A stretch of DNA of 63,988 nt, counting the filler, from Rozella allomycis CSF55 (taxonomy: Eukaryota): assembly GCA_000442015.1 (NCBI GenBank). It is 18 parts of 18 records of this genome, joined end to end, with 100 filler letters (N's around TTAATTAATTAA, not from the genome) between each part and the next. Parts side by side here need not be neighbours in the genome. Positions count along the whole stretch, not along the records: positions 23,645 to 25,460 come from KE561223.1; positions 25,561 to 30,656 come from KE561225.1; positions 30,757 to 31,904 come from KE561229.1; positions 32,005 to 36,021 come from KE561231.1; positions 36,122 to 40,290 come from KE561232.1; 13 more parts are not named here. The stretch is one strand, 5' to 3'. The position numbers and the translations under genes are program-made. This document shows positions 25,344 to 38,972 of this stretch, piece after piece (positions within the stretch are counted from its first letter, which is position 1; each line of letters begins with the position of its first letter). The notes under the pieces were generated by a model that was given only the letters and a program-made list of their open reading frames with translations, ran no database searches and had not been told where the DNA came from.

Positions 25344-25460
25344 TTACTCAAATATTGACAGATCAAACGCGGGATTTTTGCGAACCTCCAAAAGTCTGAA
25401 GACTTCATAGTTTTCAATATCTTTGAAATCGATTCCGTTTGAGTTCCATTGTACCTCACT
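25344..25460 (-). CDS. 3' end of GATA factor B (continues from the contig at 43751)
   Basis: 25421-25460 is identical to 43751-43790; the frame continues SEVQWNSNGIDFKDIENYEVFRLLEVRKNPAFDLSIFE*. Confidence 0.8.
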   Translation of the reverse strand, partial: SEVQWNSNGIDFKDIENYEVFRLLEVRKNPAFDLSIFE

Positions 25461-25560
25461 NNNNNNNNNNNNNNNNNNNNNNNNNNNNNNNNNNNNNNNN
25501 NNNNTTAATTAATTAANNNNNNNNNNNNNNNNNNNNNNNNNNNNNNNNNNNNNNNNNNNN

Positions 25561-26826
25561 AGAAGGTGAAGATGGATTCACTGATGGTCCAAGTGAGAAA
25601 TTATTTTCTGCTACTTCAATCTTAAAAACATTATCTACCCTTGCGATTGTTCTAGATGATAACCATAGCGTTCTTCAACAAGTTCAACATGAATTACTCC
25701 CAATGATTAAATATTGTATTGAAAATGCTTACATTGATATCTTTGAAGAATTATTTGAATTGACTGAAATCATCACAACTGTCTTGAAGAATACAACGCC
25801 AGATCTTTGGTCTTTGTTTCCTTTAATGCATAAATGTATTCAGGAATTCGGAATAGATTACATCTGTGAGATGGCACCTACTATAGATAACATGATTTCT
25901 TATGGAGGTCCTTTTGTTTCTGAACATCCAGAATTGCGTGCCATGATTGTAGACTTTTGCACTAGAATTGTTGATTATCAATATTGCGGTGAAAATGATT
26001 GCAAAGCTGCTTGTTTGATCATGGAATCAACTCTTCTTCATTCATCTTCAAATGATGACATCATCCCCAACTTTATTCAACTAGTTTGGAAATCTTTTAA
26101 TTCCTTCAAACAAGATTCTACTTTATTAGCAATGTTGAATGTCTTGATTTCTTGCATCTATTCAAATCCTATTCTTTCTGTTCAGTTCATGGAACAATCT
26201 CAAATCATTTCCCTATTTTTCAGAAAATGGGTTGAATTGGCGCCAATAATGTCAAGGTATTCCATTTAACTATAAATCATTTTAGAGTTCATGATAAAAA
26301 ACTTTCAATCTCTACTATAATGCGTTTGTTGGCTCTTCCTTCCTCTCAATTACCTTCTATGGTTGGTGCATATCAACCTCTAATGGACTTGATGCTCACT
26401 TTTGTTGATTCTCTTCCTGAAGCTGAAAAGCACAGAAAAGAATTAGAAGAAGAAGATGAAGAATTTAGAAACTCTGAAAATGACGATGATGAAGACTACG
26501 ACGTTGCTGAAGAAATCCACTCCGATGAAGAAGACAATGATTTCAAGCAATCCGAACCCTTGAATCAAGAAGATGAAGATGAATTCGACGACGACGATGA
26601 AAACTTTTTACATGACATTGAAGAAGACTTGTACTTTGAATCTCCCTTGCTCTCAATCAACTCTTACTCTACATTCCAGGAATTCATCAACACTGCCACA
26701 TCTACAAATCCTGATTTGCTAAACACCTTTAACCAATTCCAACAAAAGATTACAAACACTTTGGCTTTGTGCCAAAAGAGATTGTTTGAAATCGAACAAG
26801 AGAAAATAAAGGCTGCTAAACAATAG
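25561..26826 (+). CDS. Importin-7/8 (Nmd5/Sxm1-like), C-terminal part
   Basis: PDLWSLFP..IDNMISYG, RVHDKK after splicing, acidic tract, FESPL..NSY..F; 5' truncated. Confidence 0.85.
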
Positions 26827-26945
26827 GTATCTCAAAGCATCAATAAAATTAAATTAATTCAAATTTTAATGAACAATTTATTTTATTAATTAAAATAATA
26901 TAATATTTTACGCATTTAGCATCCATTTGAATATCCTGGTCATTC

Positions 26946-27512
26946 ATGGCCTACACGCTAGCCCAAGCTTTGTATATTATTCTCCTTTCATATTTATATT
27001 ACATTTACTCTTTCACTCGCTACATTATCTATACAATCAAAAAGATACTATCAAGGTACACAATATATAAACCAAAATCATTTCCTTCAAGATTGGCTGT
27101 AATACTACGAAAATCAACCTCTTCAAATAACTTGAAAAATTTCATAATGAAATGTTCTCAAATAGAGACCCTCAAATGCCTTGTATTCTATATTAACGAA
27201 TGTGATTCATCAGATTTCAATCAAAATCTTCCATCCTCTATTAATTCTTTAAACATCCACGTGAAAACATTCTTCCAAGACCATCGTTCAATTATTGAAG
27301 AGGCATCACATGATATTGATTCTATATTTGCAAAGCCAGGTATTGACCTGACACTAGTTTGTCAAAACAAGGAATTGGATATTGACGGCTGTGATCCTGT
27401 AGGATTAAGAGCATCTGAGATTATGCTGGTGCCTAGGGATTATCCATCCGTCGGTGATTTGGAATATTGTCTAAAGGTGTATTCTTTGATAGAGAAACGT
27501 CACGGCAGATAA
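26946..27512 (+). CDS. NUS1: NUS1/NgBR-like cis-prenyltransferase complex subunit
   Basis: N-terminal TM helix, PSRLAVIL, PGIDLTLV..DGCDPVGLRASEI, C-terminal RxG (EKRHGR). Confidence 0.7.
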   Translation: MAYTLAQALYIILLSYLYYIYSFTRYIIYTIKKILSRYTIYKPKSFPSRLAVILRKSTSSNNLKNFIMKCSQIETLKCLVFYINECDSSDFNQNLPSSINSLNIHVKTFFQDHRSIIEEASHDIDSIFAKPGIDLTLVCQNKELDIDGCDPVGLRASEIMLVPRDYPSVGDLEYCLKVYSLIEKRHGR

Positions 27513-27641
27513 TTAAGAAAGTGATACACAATAAAATTGCATTGAATATTTATTTTTTCTTTCTGTTTTCTTGCGTTATTCAATCTTGATACCGCTTAAA
27601 AGGTCAATTGCTAAATTTACAAATACAACGATTGGCTGAAA

Positions 27642-29154
27642 ATGAAAGAGCTGATTGACTTGAAGCGCAGAATGACAACAATGAAAAGAAGCAAAGCGTA
27701 TACCATAACAGATGTTGAAACCATTACAACCGAAATCAAAAATCTAACTATAACCAATCTATCAAACAAGCAAGAAGAGCTCATGGCTGATTGTCTAGCG
27801 CTGCTATCTCATTTACAAGAGCCATTCAACCATGTAAACGAAAATTTATATTCGCCCTATGTCAAGCTGTGTCGTGTGAGGGCCACCTTGTATTCATTCC
27901 AGAAAACCGGCATGTTTACGCTAGATGATGTTACTAGAATCCAAAAAACGCTGCATGTAATTGAAAATACATTTGTTGTTGATGGCAAATTCCAAGTGCC
28001 TGGGTCTAATGAAGTGCTGGCTGGGCAGGCGGTTATATTTGCAACTATGAATGCGTGTTATAAGATTGCGCATCGTTTGCTGATTGCACTAGAGACTATC
28101 GAGGGGGAGATGCTGCCCGTGTATGAATCTTTGGTGACATATAAGCGCGAAATGATGGCGATGAAGCAAGGTGGGGAAATTGAGCAGAAGAGGTTGAGAG
28201 AGATACATGCTGAGCTGCATCAAATTAGCAAGACAAAGATTATGACGATATTTAATCAGGCGGATGATGAAAATGAGAATTTTGTGGCCAGAAATATTCT
28301 GATAACGATGTTGGAAGAAGCATATGATTTATTGTATGATTTGAAAGAGGATGAGATTGATTCTAATTTGCAGCGTGTTGTTATTGATCGATTATATGAT
28401 ATTGAAAAGAGGCTGATTGAAATGGACGATAGCAGATGGTCGCTGGATACTGCAACTGATCTAGTACCGATTCAAAAAGAGTTGCTGGAAATAGAAGCTT
28501 TGAAAAAGGATGGAAAGTTTATGGTTAATGGGGCTTTTGTGGTTAAAGGACAGAGAGAAGCTCATCAATGGTTGAACAGGTGCTACAGGTAGATTTTTAG
28601 AATTGATAGTTTAGATTATTTAATAGTCTATTAGCGTGTACAGAAACAGTTGATCCTTCACTGTCGTATGTCCATCAGAATCTATTAACTCTGAGAAGAA
28701 GTTTGATGGAATTTAGAAGAATAAGTATTGACACTGATGGAACATTTGAGACAAACAAAATCACTGCTTCAGATTTAATGCACTGGAGATTAAGATTGTC
28801 TTCTATTTATGGTCTTTTAATAGATGGAAAGTTTTACAATTCAAAGAATCAAGCGCCAGCAGGCCAGNTAGTATTGACACTGATGGAACGTTTGAGACAA
28901 ACAAAATCACTGCATCAGATTTAATGCACTGGAGATTAAGATTATCTTCTATTTATGGTCTTTTAATAGATGGAAAGTTTTATAATTCAAAAAATCAAGC
29001 GCCTGCAGGCCAAAGTATCTTGGCTGCTTTGTTGCATCAATGCAACGACATACTTCAGGAATTATTTGCTCATGTGGATGAAGATGATGCTTTTGAAGAT
29101 AACGAAGAAGAAGCGTATTATGAAGGGTTACCTGTTTTGTCTTTTCGAAATTGA
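27642..29154 (+). CDS. UPF0662/DUF2408 (Cub1/YPL260W-like) repeat protein
   Basis: Three repeats of DGKF.......GQ..L...L..C; intron near 28589-28614; haplotype duplication at N 28868. Confidence 0.7.
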
Positions 29155-29215
29155 AATAAACTATTACTATTTTAAGAGTGTGTTTATTAAATTAAATATC
29201 TTTTCTGAAGCAAAA

Positions 29216-30656
29216 TTAATCATAGATTTCTGATATGATTAAAACTATTAAACTTGACCAACCAGTGAAATGTTTTGATCTTTGTCCATTCCCATTCTCT
29301 GGCGAGTAATTCTCCCAAATAGTTCCAGTCTTTTCATAACTCTAAAAACAGAATAGAACATTCATATTTACCCTTGTCATTGTATTTATTATTTTAGTCC
29401 GCAAGTCATCATAAATATCTTTCGCTTGATCTTTCAATGGGCAACTTTCATGCATATAATTCTAAACTTAAAGTTATTACTTTTATTATTACATTTTTCA
29501 AACTCTTCAATGCCAGATAATTCATATTTATCCAAATTGCGCCTCTCCAATAGTTTTCTTCAGTTCCATAAAGCTCATCTTTTAATGACAATGATCGAAG
29601 TCCAAATCTAATGACTAACTTCAAGCATTCTTACGGAGAATTTAATTTCTCTGGATTCTGCATTGTTTCAAATAACTTTTGCAAACGTTCTTTATCTGAA
29701 CAGTCTACGATACCCAAAAGCAATGGCAAAATAGAAATGTAACCGTCATGAACAACATGCTTAAATGTCCCATTAACCCATTCGATATCGTAGTATCCTT
29801 GTCCATTCCAGTGAACTTTATTTCTAACAAACAATTTCTTACCATTTAATGCTTCAGTGTATCTCTTTTCCAATTCAATGAATTCTTGGTATTCAGATTG
29901 GTAGACAGATTCTTTACAGAGTAGGGCGATTGACCTAGCATAGAATATCATCCACGATAATAAATCAACATGTAATTCAAGATCAGACACTTCACCCCTG
30001 GGATAATCATCTAGCCCTGATGTTAAACAATGGCCCTTTGTTCTTCCACGCCATGTAAATAAATGTTCATGATCTATTTTCAAATTTGTTAAATTGGTTA
30101 AATCTTTTTCCTTTATTGATGATTTTTGTGTCTCAGTCATCCAGTGAAAGTGTTTGAACAATTTTGGTAATAACAATTCAATTCTATTCTGAATNCCCTT
30201 TATTGATGATTTTTGTGTCTGGGTCATCCAATGAAAGTGTTTGAACAATTTTGGTAATAACAATTCAATTCTATTCTGAATATCATCAAATTTATCGGCT
30301 TCTTTCCAAATTGATAGCAATGGAAAGATCAGTGCAGGTGGATTGGCGAAAATAGGTGTTTGTTTTTGAAAATCTGTGGGAACTTTTGATCGTGCTTCGT
30401 CACCTAAAATCTGTTCTCTTGGTATCCAGCCAGTTTCATCCATAGAAGCAAACCAACTCTCAATTATTTCAAGGCTTTGTACTACTTCAAATTCTACAAT
30501 TACCTCAAGTGTGGATCCCATTTAGATATTATCATATTTTGGAACCCAGAATCCCATAGGAAGCCTCTTGGGAAAAATGCTCTGTTAGGAACATCTGTAA
30601 ATAATGAATATTCTTTTTCAGTTAATCTGCCTTCTTCGTTTTCATTGCCAATAATG
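29216..30656 (-). CDS. CWH41: Mannosyl-oligosaccharide glucosidase I (GH63), C-terminal part
   Basis: [67 protein letters not shown]. Confidence 0.95.
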
Positions 30657-30756
30657 NNNNNNNNNNNNNNNNNNNNNNNNNNNNNNNNNNNNNNNNNNNN
30701 TTAATTAATTAANNNNNNNNNNNNNNNNNNNNNNNNNNNNNNNNNNNNNNNNNNNN

Positions 30757-31280
30757 GCGAGAAATTCCCAAACGGATTGATATGTGTAGTCTTTGACGAG
30801 ATTGTTTTTAGCCTTTTAAGAAAGGAACGTATTTTCCATATTCGTAAACTGCTGCCTGAAAAATCATCTCCCTGTACGAAATACTACTACAAAGATTTAG
30901 TACTACCTTTTTATAATAGACATGTATTTGATGATATTTCTCACCTTGCAGAATTAATATCTAATCGTGTTGATAACAGAAATGTTTTATTTAAAGTATC
31001 AAAGAAAGAAGAGGATCAAATTGATTTTGCCGCGATATTTAACGGCAAGTTGTGCCTTTTGAAAAGTGCTATGGGTGTCAATTATTCAAGTGCGCCTAGT
31101 TATATTGAAGAAATCAAAAAGGTGATCTCTCAATCGAACAAAGATTTGGCTGAAAATGCAATATTTGCCTACATAGTTCCTGAATATGACATTAAGTGGA
31201 GCGAAAGTTACCTTGGATATCTTTTAACGGTAAGGTTGGACGAAGAAACTATACATAATCCAATCTATCCAGACTATTAA
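30757..31280 (+). CDS. C-terminal fragment of a hypothetical protein, possibly a CRN-type REase domain
   Basis: Open from the contig start; EDQIDFAAIFNGKLCLL and AIFAYIVP resemble REase-fold effector C-termini. Confidence 0.4.
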
Positions 31281-32098
31281 TAAACGAAAAATAAATAGAT
31301 GGTCCTTTTTTACTTTTACTCTGTTTCCATCATGAAAACCCCACTTTTTACTTTTATATGTAGTATACCTTACCATACATTAAGACTGGCGAGTGAGTAG
31401 TGTCAATGCGCTACATATTTAGAGATTTTCCATATGGAGATTTTTCCATTGGAAATATTCCACATGACAGTTACGAAAGTTCCGAGAAATTCCTACCTCA
31501 ACCCATAACGGTTACTTTAATATTACTAGCACAAAAGATCAGTGCAAATTATATATAGGCAAATGATCACATACCCTGCTAGTCAGGCAGTCAACATTAT
31601 CTTCGCACTTAATCACATACAAGGCGGCGGAGAAATTATCTAACTATGAACAAACTCTTTCTATATTATATTTCATAACAAGATGTACAATCTATGTAGT
31701 AATACGAATATAGTAATGTATCTATCATCTATGCCACAAATCATGGCGACTTTCAAATCGTATTACTGGGACTAACCGATTGTTAAAAGTCCCTGTTTTG
31801 CATATCTTCTTAGAATTATTGACGACGCTAGAAGAATTTAATACAACGTTTTACCTAAACATGCATTCCTAATCATCTAAACAAAATCATCGTACCCAAA
31901 CGCTNNNNNNNNNNNNNNNNNNNNNNNNNNNNNNNNNNNNNNNNNNNNTTAATTAATTAANNNNNNNNNNNNNNNNNNNNNNNNNNNNNNNNNNNNNNNN
32001 NNNNAAATACCACTACTACAGTTGAATCATTAGTATTTTTATATTAATTCCGAAAACTGTTTTCCGGTGCAAAATTTCGTGAATTTTTCTTTCAGAAG

Positions 32099-32894
32099 AT
32101 GAGAACAGATAATCGAGAAAACAATGATATACGCCCTCTCAAAATTATCCAAAATTTATTGACCAGATGTGATGGCAGTATACAACTTGAGCAAGGAAAT
32201 ACAGTCGTTCTTGTTTCTGTTACAGGCCCCGTTGAGGCACCTCGTAGAGTTGAAGAACCGACGCGGTTAGTTCTAGATGTTCTTTTTAAACCTTGCAGTG
32301 GATTGCCAAGTAAAAAAATATTCGATGAGAGACTTAGGCTGCCGTGAAAAGAAATTTGAAATTTTTGTTAAGCAAACGCTGGAGTCTTTTATAGACCTTA
32401 CTTCCCTTCCCAGAACTTTAATTACAGTTGTTATTCAAGAAATTAAAAATGATGGAGCGGTATTTTTGAATTAGTTTGTAAATTAGCTTTTGGCTTGCTG
32501 CATAAATGCTGCTACTTTAGCGCTGATGGAAGCCGGGATTTCATTGCTTAATAGATGTGCTTCAATTACCATGGCTATTTCACAGGACGAGTTTGTTTTG
32601 GATCCTGTATTAAAGGAAGAGGTATCAATTGCTAAATTTAGTAAAGCTAGGAGGGAGCGGACTCTTTGCATACAATCGTCTTTTCTAAATATAGCGAACA
32701 AGAATATTCAATAATATCTTTGGATTCCACTGGGATTTTCAACTTAGATTCTGTAAGAAAAAGTTAATTTTGCAAAATAGCTTAACGAAACGATTACAAG
32801 ATGCAAGCTAGCTGCCAATGCTATTAATTTGATTATGGACAAGGCTATGATTTCTAAAATAGAAAAGATGTCGAACGACATAATGAAGGAATAA
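32099..32894 (+). CDS. RRP46: Exosome RNase PH-like subunit Rrp46
   Basis: LTRCDGS..QGNTVVLVSVTGP, LPRTLITVVIQ..DGALLACCINAATLALMEAGI; four introns of 27-29 nt. Confidence 0.88.
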
Positions 32895-32920
32895 ATTTAT
32901 ATTCGGTTTGACTTCATATA

Positions 32921-34000
32921 TTAAAAAAATCTGGAAAACAATCCGTCAAATTGATAAAATTCTTCTGTATTACAATGCAAACGGCGTAAATCATTTGCCT
33001 CGGCCAGTTTCTCATTTAAAAAACTTATTCTCTCATGATGAGGAGGATGCGTAGCCAATAACGATGGAACTGATGCGCCAATTTTTAGTTTTTCCATTTT
33101 CTACTGGAAAAGTTAAAAATGTTTTACTTTCCAAAAATTTACCGCTCCGTTTGGATCATAACAAGCTCGACTCATTATTAGGAGGCCAACATGGTCGGCC
33201 TCTTTTTCGCTTCTTGGAAATAAAGTCAGTTTTTTACTTTAAACGTGAATAGGGTAACATAAAACCAAAAGTTCCAAGAGTATCAAAGAATGCACCCATT
33301 CCTAACGTTAGATCAAGTGCGATTCTTGCCAGTCCCAGTAAAATTCGAAGTGAAATTCCTTGAGCTGGATGTCTTAATATCACATGCGACATCTAATTTG
33401 CTTGTTTTCGAATGCTCCTTACTTCATGCCCAATGACAGCCGCGATCTCGTCGTCCGATGTAGCAACACGCAGTAAACCAGTAAATACAAAGATTTGACC
33501 TCCTGGGATAACAAATGCGTTCTCAATAGGTGCATCAATAACAAAAAGTTGCCAATCCCTAGAATATCTTTGATCATTTTCAAGAGATTGTATTAATTTA
33601 TCAGCTACTGATTGAATTCTACGATAAATCTAATCAATGCAATAAAGATATTCATACAGGATGCCATTTAGGAAGAAATTGATGACGGTATCGTGCAGTG
33701 ACTTGATTATACGTCATTTTGCCTAGATCTGGCATAAATGCATATTTTCACCTATGGCTTTTTCAGTGGATGGGCTTATTGCAATAAATCTCTTTTTTCC
33801 TTTAAAATAGATGCCCTTTATTTACCCAAATATGGAATTTCTTCTCTACTGTAAAAGTAAAAACCGGCGGAAAAGCATGTAGTAAAGGCAAAAAGTTTCC
33901 ATTTGTTTGGTGAATAGTACCATGGATTAGATCCTTTAAACCTTTTTAAGTTGTTTGAAAAACGCCGCCTTGATTGATTAAAGAGAATTTTGGAAAACAT
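32921..34000 (-). CDS. OMA1: Mitochondrial M48 metalloprotease OMA1
   Basis: Spliced: NAFVIPGGQIFVFTGLL, AAVIGHEMSH (HExxH), LPYSRLNEKEAD, ACYDP, LATHP. Confidence 0.92.
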
Positions 34001-34494
34001 TTAGATTTATCTGAAATAATTTCGAAAGGCTTTAGATATTTGTAGGGCGTGAATCAATGAGATTGTTGTACACAAATAATTTCCCTTAGAGTAATAGTTT
34101 GAACATATGAAACTTCCAATTTAAGGGCGTTAGCCAAATAGACAAGGCCTCAAATTGCATACTCAACGTCAGAGGCCATTTATGTGGATAATTATCGGAT
34201 TTCGGGGCTAAAAACTTAGGATTAATTGGAAAGATGAAAGATGTGAGCGTTTCAAGATCCTATGAAAACAAAGTCTTTGAAACAAGTGGATCTAAATGAT
34301 GTGAATGTTAGATCAATGACAAAAATAATGAGATGATTGCATTATCTATGTAAATCTGTATAAAGGGAGCAGTTTTCGTAAACCGTTAATCTGGACCTAT
34401 TTAGTATGAAAATTGAAAGTTGGTGCTTCACCGCTGCCTGCTTAGAACAAAATGTCCTGCTAATCATACTAGAACCTTTAAAGAGATAGAGTCT

Positions 34495-35544
34495 TTATTT
34501 TTTAATTGCTTTATGTACCTCGGAATTGTGGAGATCAATTCTATCAAAAAGCGTTGTATCTATATGCAATTCACGTATAAACTCTTTGTAGTTTGAAATT
34601 AAACAGTTGAAAGACCCATCGTCAGTCATTTCTAAGCAATCCTGGAACTTTGAAGATAAATTTTTGTACGTTTGAGAAAATTCGACCACGTTTTGATATA
34701 GATTTAACAAGTTAATGCTCTCCATGTTCAACTGTTGGACTTCACCTAATTGTTGCAAATGTTCGAAATTGATAACAGCATAGTTCAAAGTTTGCTTAAA
34801 GGTTTCTCTTTTAGAAATATCAGCAGGTTCAAGTGGTACATATGCTAAGCCAGCATGGAAATCGTTCTGAGATCTTTCAAATGTGAGTATACGATTCGTA
34901 AAGATACGATTCCGATCAATATCATTAAAAATTTCGTTAGTGATGATGTAAAAAATGACAGAATCACTATCTGCGCCAATCTTTTCTTCGCGGCTTAAAT
35001 CTAGTAATGGTTTCAAAGCATTAAATAACCACATATTAAAATTTACATGGGGATGAGATAATATGTTTTTGCCATTGACACTTATAAAAGGAGATGAAAG
35101 TTCTTCTACTGTTTTCTCACCGTAATAAACAGGCATCGAGCTGTAAGCATGGAATTCGTACATAACTTTAGCTAATTCAAAATAATCTCTAGCGGGGCTA
35201 AAAATGGTACGGCCCTGCCCAAAGTAGTCCAAGTCGACATCCCGGCAGGAATATCCAAAATCGATGATCTTAACAATTGACCCGTTAACCAAAAGAATAT
35301 TTTCCATCCTCAAATCATTGTGAGTAAGACCTACTCTTCTCATATCCTCCAAAGCGAAAATCAATTTAGCATATATCGCTACTTGCTGAGAGAACAGAAA
35401 TCTAGTTTTGGAGGTTGCTTCATAAAGGTCTTCTCCGTCTATATACTCCATTGCATAATATAACTGGCTTTCACCACCTCTATCTCCACCCAGGTCACTC
35501 ATACAGACTGAGACTACATCTGGAAAAAAGTTTGAAAAATGCAA
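34495..35544 (-). CDS. Divergent protein kinase; N-lobe region upstream is disrupted (possible pseudogene)
   Basis: YYAMEYIDGEDL, THNDLRMENILL, IIDFG. In-frame TGA just upstream; a KIVGLKV (VAIK-like) remnant near 35650 is separated from the ORF by stop codons. Confidence 0.75.
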   Translation of the reverse strand: MHFSNFFPDVVSVCMSDLGGDRGGESQLYYAMEYIDGEDLYEATSKTRFLFSQQVAIYAKLIFALEDMRRVGLTHNDLRMENILLVNGSIVKIIDFGYSCRDVDLDYFGQGRTIFSPARDYFELAKVMYEFHAYSSMPVYYGEKTVEELSSPFISVNGKNILSHPHVNFNMWLFNALKPLLDLSREEKIGADSDSVIFYIITNEIFNDIDRNRIFTNRILTFERSQNDFHAGLAYVPLEPADISKRETFKQTLNYAVINFEHLQQLGEVQQLNMESINLLNLYQNVVEFSQTYKNLSSKFQDCLEMTDDGSFNCLISNYKEFIRELHIDTTLFDRIDLHNSEVHKAIKK

Positions 35545-36121
35545 GCATCACGTGCCACATGTCCACTCCACTCCCCCGAAATTGCGTGTTTTCATTTTGT
35601 ACAAATGTTTTTTAAGTTATAAAAGCGCGTGATTTTTCACTTTGCAAACTTTCAAACCTACTATTTTCAAACGACACGATGATTAACATTTCAATAAACT
35701 TTAATCTTTACAAATTTTCCATTTTATACCAGTTTTCCATTCCTCTTCAGTGCTTCACTACTTTATACTTGGAAAAGTCAAAAATGGGAAATTCCCTTTC
35801 ATATCAAGATATCCAATTACTGCTCTCGCCATACGAAATAATCAATGACAAGATGTCGCCAGCGCACATTACCAAAACGTACTCTTTAAATCTACACAAG
35901 AAAGGAAAGCCCGAGGCCGACTAACAAAATCGTTTTGCATGTCGAATGACAAGCTTGTTAAAATATTCATGAAACCGTCCAAGAGCAGTATAGATGTATC
36001 AGAGATTCTGGCGAAATACAANNNNNNNNNNNNNNNNNNNNNNNNNNNNNNNNNNNNNNNNNNNNTTAATTAATTAANNNNNNNNNNNNNNNNNNNNNNN
36101 NNNNNNNNNNNNNNNNNNNNN

Positions 36122-38972
36122 TTAGTTTATTTCCTTGTTGCTGTAATGAAAGTTGTAATCTAATCTACATACAAGATTGACTATAAACAATAAACAAATA
36201 AAATTACTCATGTGATGTTCATAATCAGCCGCCGCAAAATAATTTAAAGATTCAACCAACTTTTTAGCTTCCAATGTAAAATTCTGATCTAATTGCGATA
36301 ACTGTAGATTGAATTCATTTAGATTGATTTGATTGCTTGTCATTTGAAAAACAGAGCTACAAAACAAATGACACAAATTAATCATCTTTTCAAATATCAA
36401 TAATAACTTTTCATTTGATAGCATGCATTCTTTTAAACAAGTATCTAAAAAGTCTGAATGAATTTTTAATATTTCATCAACTAGTTTAGCTGATTCTAAT
36501 TTATTTATAAAATAGTTCCAATTTGGTTCAATCACTTCAAAATATGAATAGTATTGAATGTTTTCTATAAAATTTAACATTTTCTGTCTAATTGAATCTC
36601 CAAGTGGAATTGAATATGGTTTCAACTCTGAAAATGTTTCACTCAACAATCTTTCAATGTGTTTACAATTAAATAAATGTCTGAATATTATTTGATATTT
36701 TGTTAACACTTTCTTTGATACAATCAACGACACTGGAAACTCTACTTGGTAATCCAAAATAAATGATTCAAAGCCATTCAATTCATTTCTCATTCTCTCA
36801 ATCATCCCATTCTCATTCACACTAATAATTCTCTTCAATTGCTCATAAAGACTCATTATAGAAAAATCACATTTAACACACTCATGATTCTCATTAAACG
36901 CACTCGTCCCACTCTTCAAACTCAACTCCAACAACGACTGCAATTTAGTCATCGACATTTCTCTATTCTTCTTGGCCAACTCATCACTAGATATATCCAT
37001 AAAATGAGTCAGAAAATCACCTCGCTCCAACAAAAAGAATTGCTTCAATGATAAAATATGACTCTTCAATTTCTTTTCTTTTAAAAAATTCACCAAAGAT
37101 TCATTCGCTTCAATATTCATTTCTGAAATTTTATTTCTATTTTTAGATTCCAATTTGTGAAATTTACTTGTTGAAATCTTGAAATTTCATCTTTTTAAAA
37201 TTCTTCTTAAATTCCTTCATCACATTCACACACTTGCCACCCTGCAATATTTCTTTTTGATATTTCTCTAAAAACGTCGGTGTTCTATCATTCACAAACA
37301 CAAATCTACTAGTCCAAAACCCATCATTAAAATCTTCCTTCAAATCCTCCTTTGAATACTCTGGCTGCTCCTTTATCATAAACTCTTCATACGGATCTCT
37401 AATCTCCCCCTTGCTCATCCACACNTTTTAAATCTTCCTTTGAATACTCTGGCTGCTCCTTGATCATAAACTCTTCATACGGATCTCTAATCTCCCCCTT
37501 GCTCATCCACACAAATATCATCTCATAATACGGCTCACTCGTCACCCTCAGTATATTACAATACATCTCTTTAATCTTCTCATCCCCAGAATAACAAATA
37601 TACGTATCATATATCAACGACAACAGTGATCCTCCCTTGCAATTACTCTTCTCTATAGACATCGCCAACGAATAGATCCCCTTCATCTTACTCTGCATCG
37701 GCTGCACATAAAACCAAAATCTTTGCAACGTCAACTCATTCCTATTAAATTGATACTCCAGCTGAGCTATCAACGTCAAATAATCCTTTCCACTCCATAA
37801 AACACCCTTACTTGCAGAATCTCTTTCACACAATGACAAAACGCATGCTGAACAAACCCATACTCAAACTTGGCANATCTATCAAACACCCTTACTTGCA
37901 GAATCTCTCTCACACAATGACAAAACGCATGCTGAACAAACCCATACTCAAACTTGGCATGCTCATCACAGAATCTCTTTAAAAATAAATACCACTCACA
38001 CATACACAACATCCTTTCAACCATCTGAAACAACGTTCCATCCAACCCATTGTCAACCTCAAACACTATCCCTTCCCCCTCCCGCTTGAACTTTACATAG
38101 TTCCCTTCAATTCCAATCAACACATACAACAAATCTTCCATTATCAAATACTCTTGAACAACAAACGAATGTCTAGCCAAACTCTCGTCATTCTCTATCA
38201 CACTCTCCTCACTGCTCAGAAACGTCATCGAATTAGAAAATCTGATCGTCGCCTCTGTCCTCTTCGTCTTACCAGTCATCGTTTCTCTTAACCCACACAC
38301 ACATTTCCTTACCTGCTCCAATTCCATTCGCAAGGCCATCCCTTCCATTCGGCGTCTTGGGCGCCAGAGAACTCTTCATACTCATCAACTGCGCAGCAAT
38401 CTATCCACACACCATCATCCCCTTACCTTGGCAGCCCTCTGCTCCTTGACCAAATCACCCTCACTCTTCACNCATACTCATCAACTGTGCAGCAATCTAT
38501 CCACACCCCACCAAACGTTTACCTTGGCAGCCCTCTGCTCCTTGACCAAATCACCCTCACTCTTCACAAACTCACTCTTCACACCCTCAACCTCCGCCGC
38601 CTCCCGCACCCTTAACAGTCTCCTCAACCCCTCATCCTCCCGCATCTTCTTCATCAATATCAACAACGCATCAACCTCCTTGATCCTACATCACACCACC
38701 CATCAACCCATACTGCTGCCCCTTCAGTCGCTCATATTTCCCCAAAAATTCATCACTGTTCGGACACTTTTTAGAAAGCTCCTGCGCTATCGTAAACGAC
38801 GTCACCTGTGTGAATAACTTTCAGAGCTTACTTTGTTGATTTGGAATGACTGCGGGCGAGATAGTCGATCAACACATTCGCTGGCATTTTTAGGCGGTAT
38901 TGAGAGGTCGGAAAATAACTGAGATACTAGATGTGGAATCGTAAAGGAACTCATGTGGCTTGGATCTGGCAT
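36122..38972 (-). CDS. TUBGCP2: Gamma-tubulin complex component 2 (GCP2/Spc97), multi-exon
   Basis: MSSFTIPHLVSQL..EFLGKYERLK, QEYLIMEDLLYVLIGIEG, LTLQRFWFYVQP, IRDPYEEFMI, LKQFFLLERGDFL, RLDYN; three single-N haplotype duplications. Confidence 0.93.

Noticed and set aside
31356-31470. Short stems and ttcca..tggaa palindromes; a U1-like ataccttacc
   Set aside because: Too short and AT-rich; no snRNA or tRNA structure could be supported.
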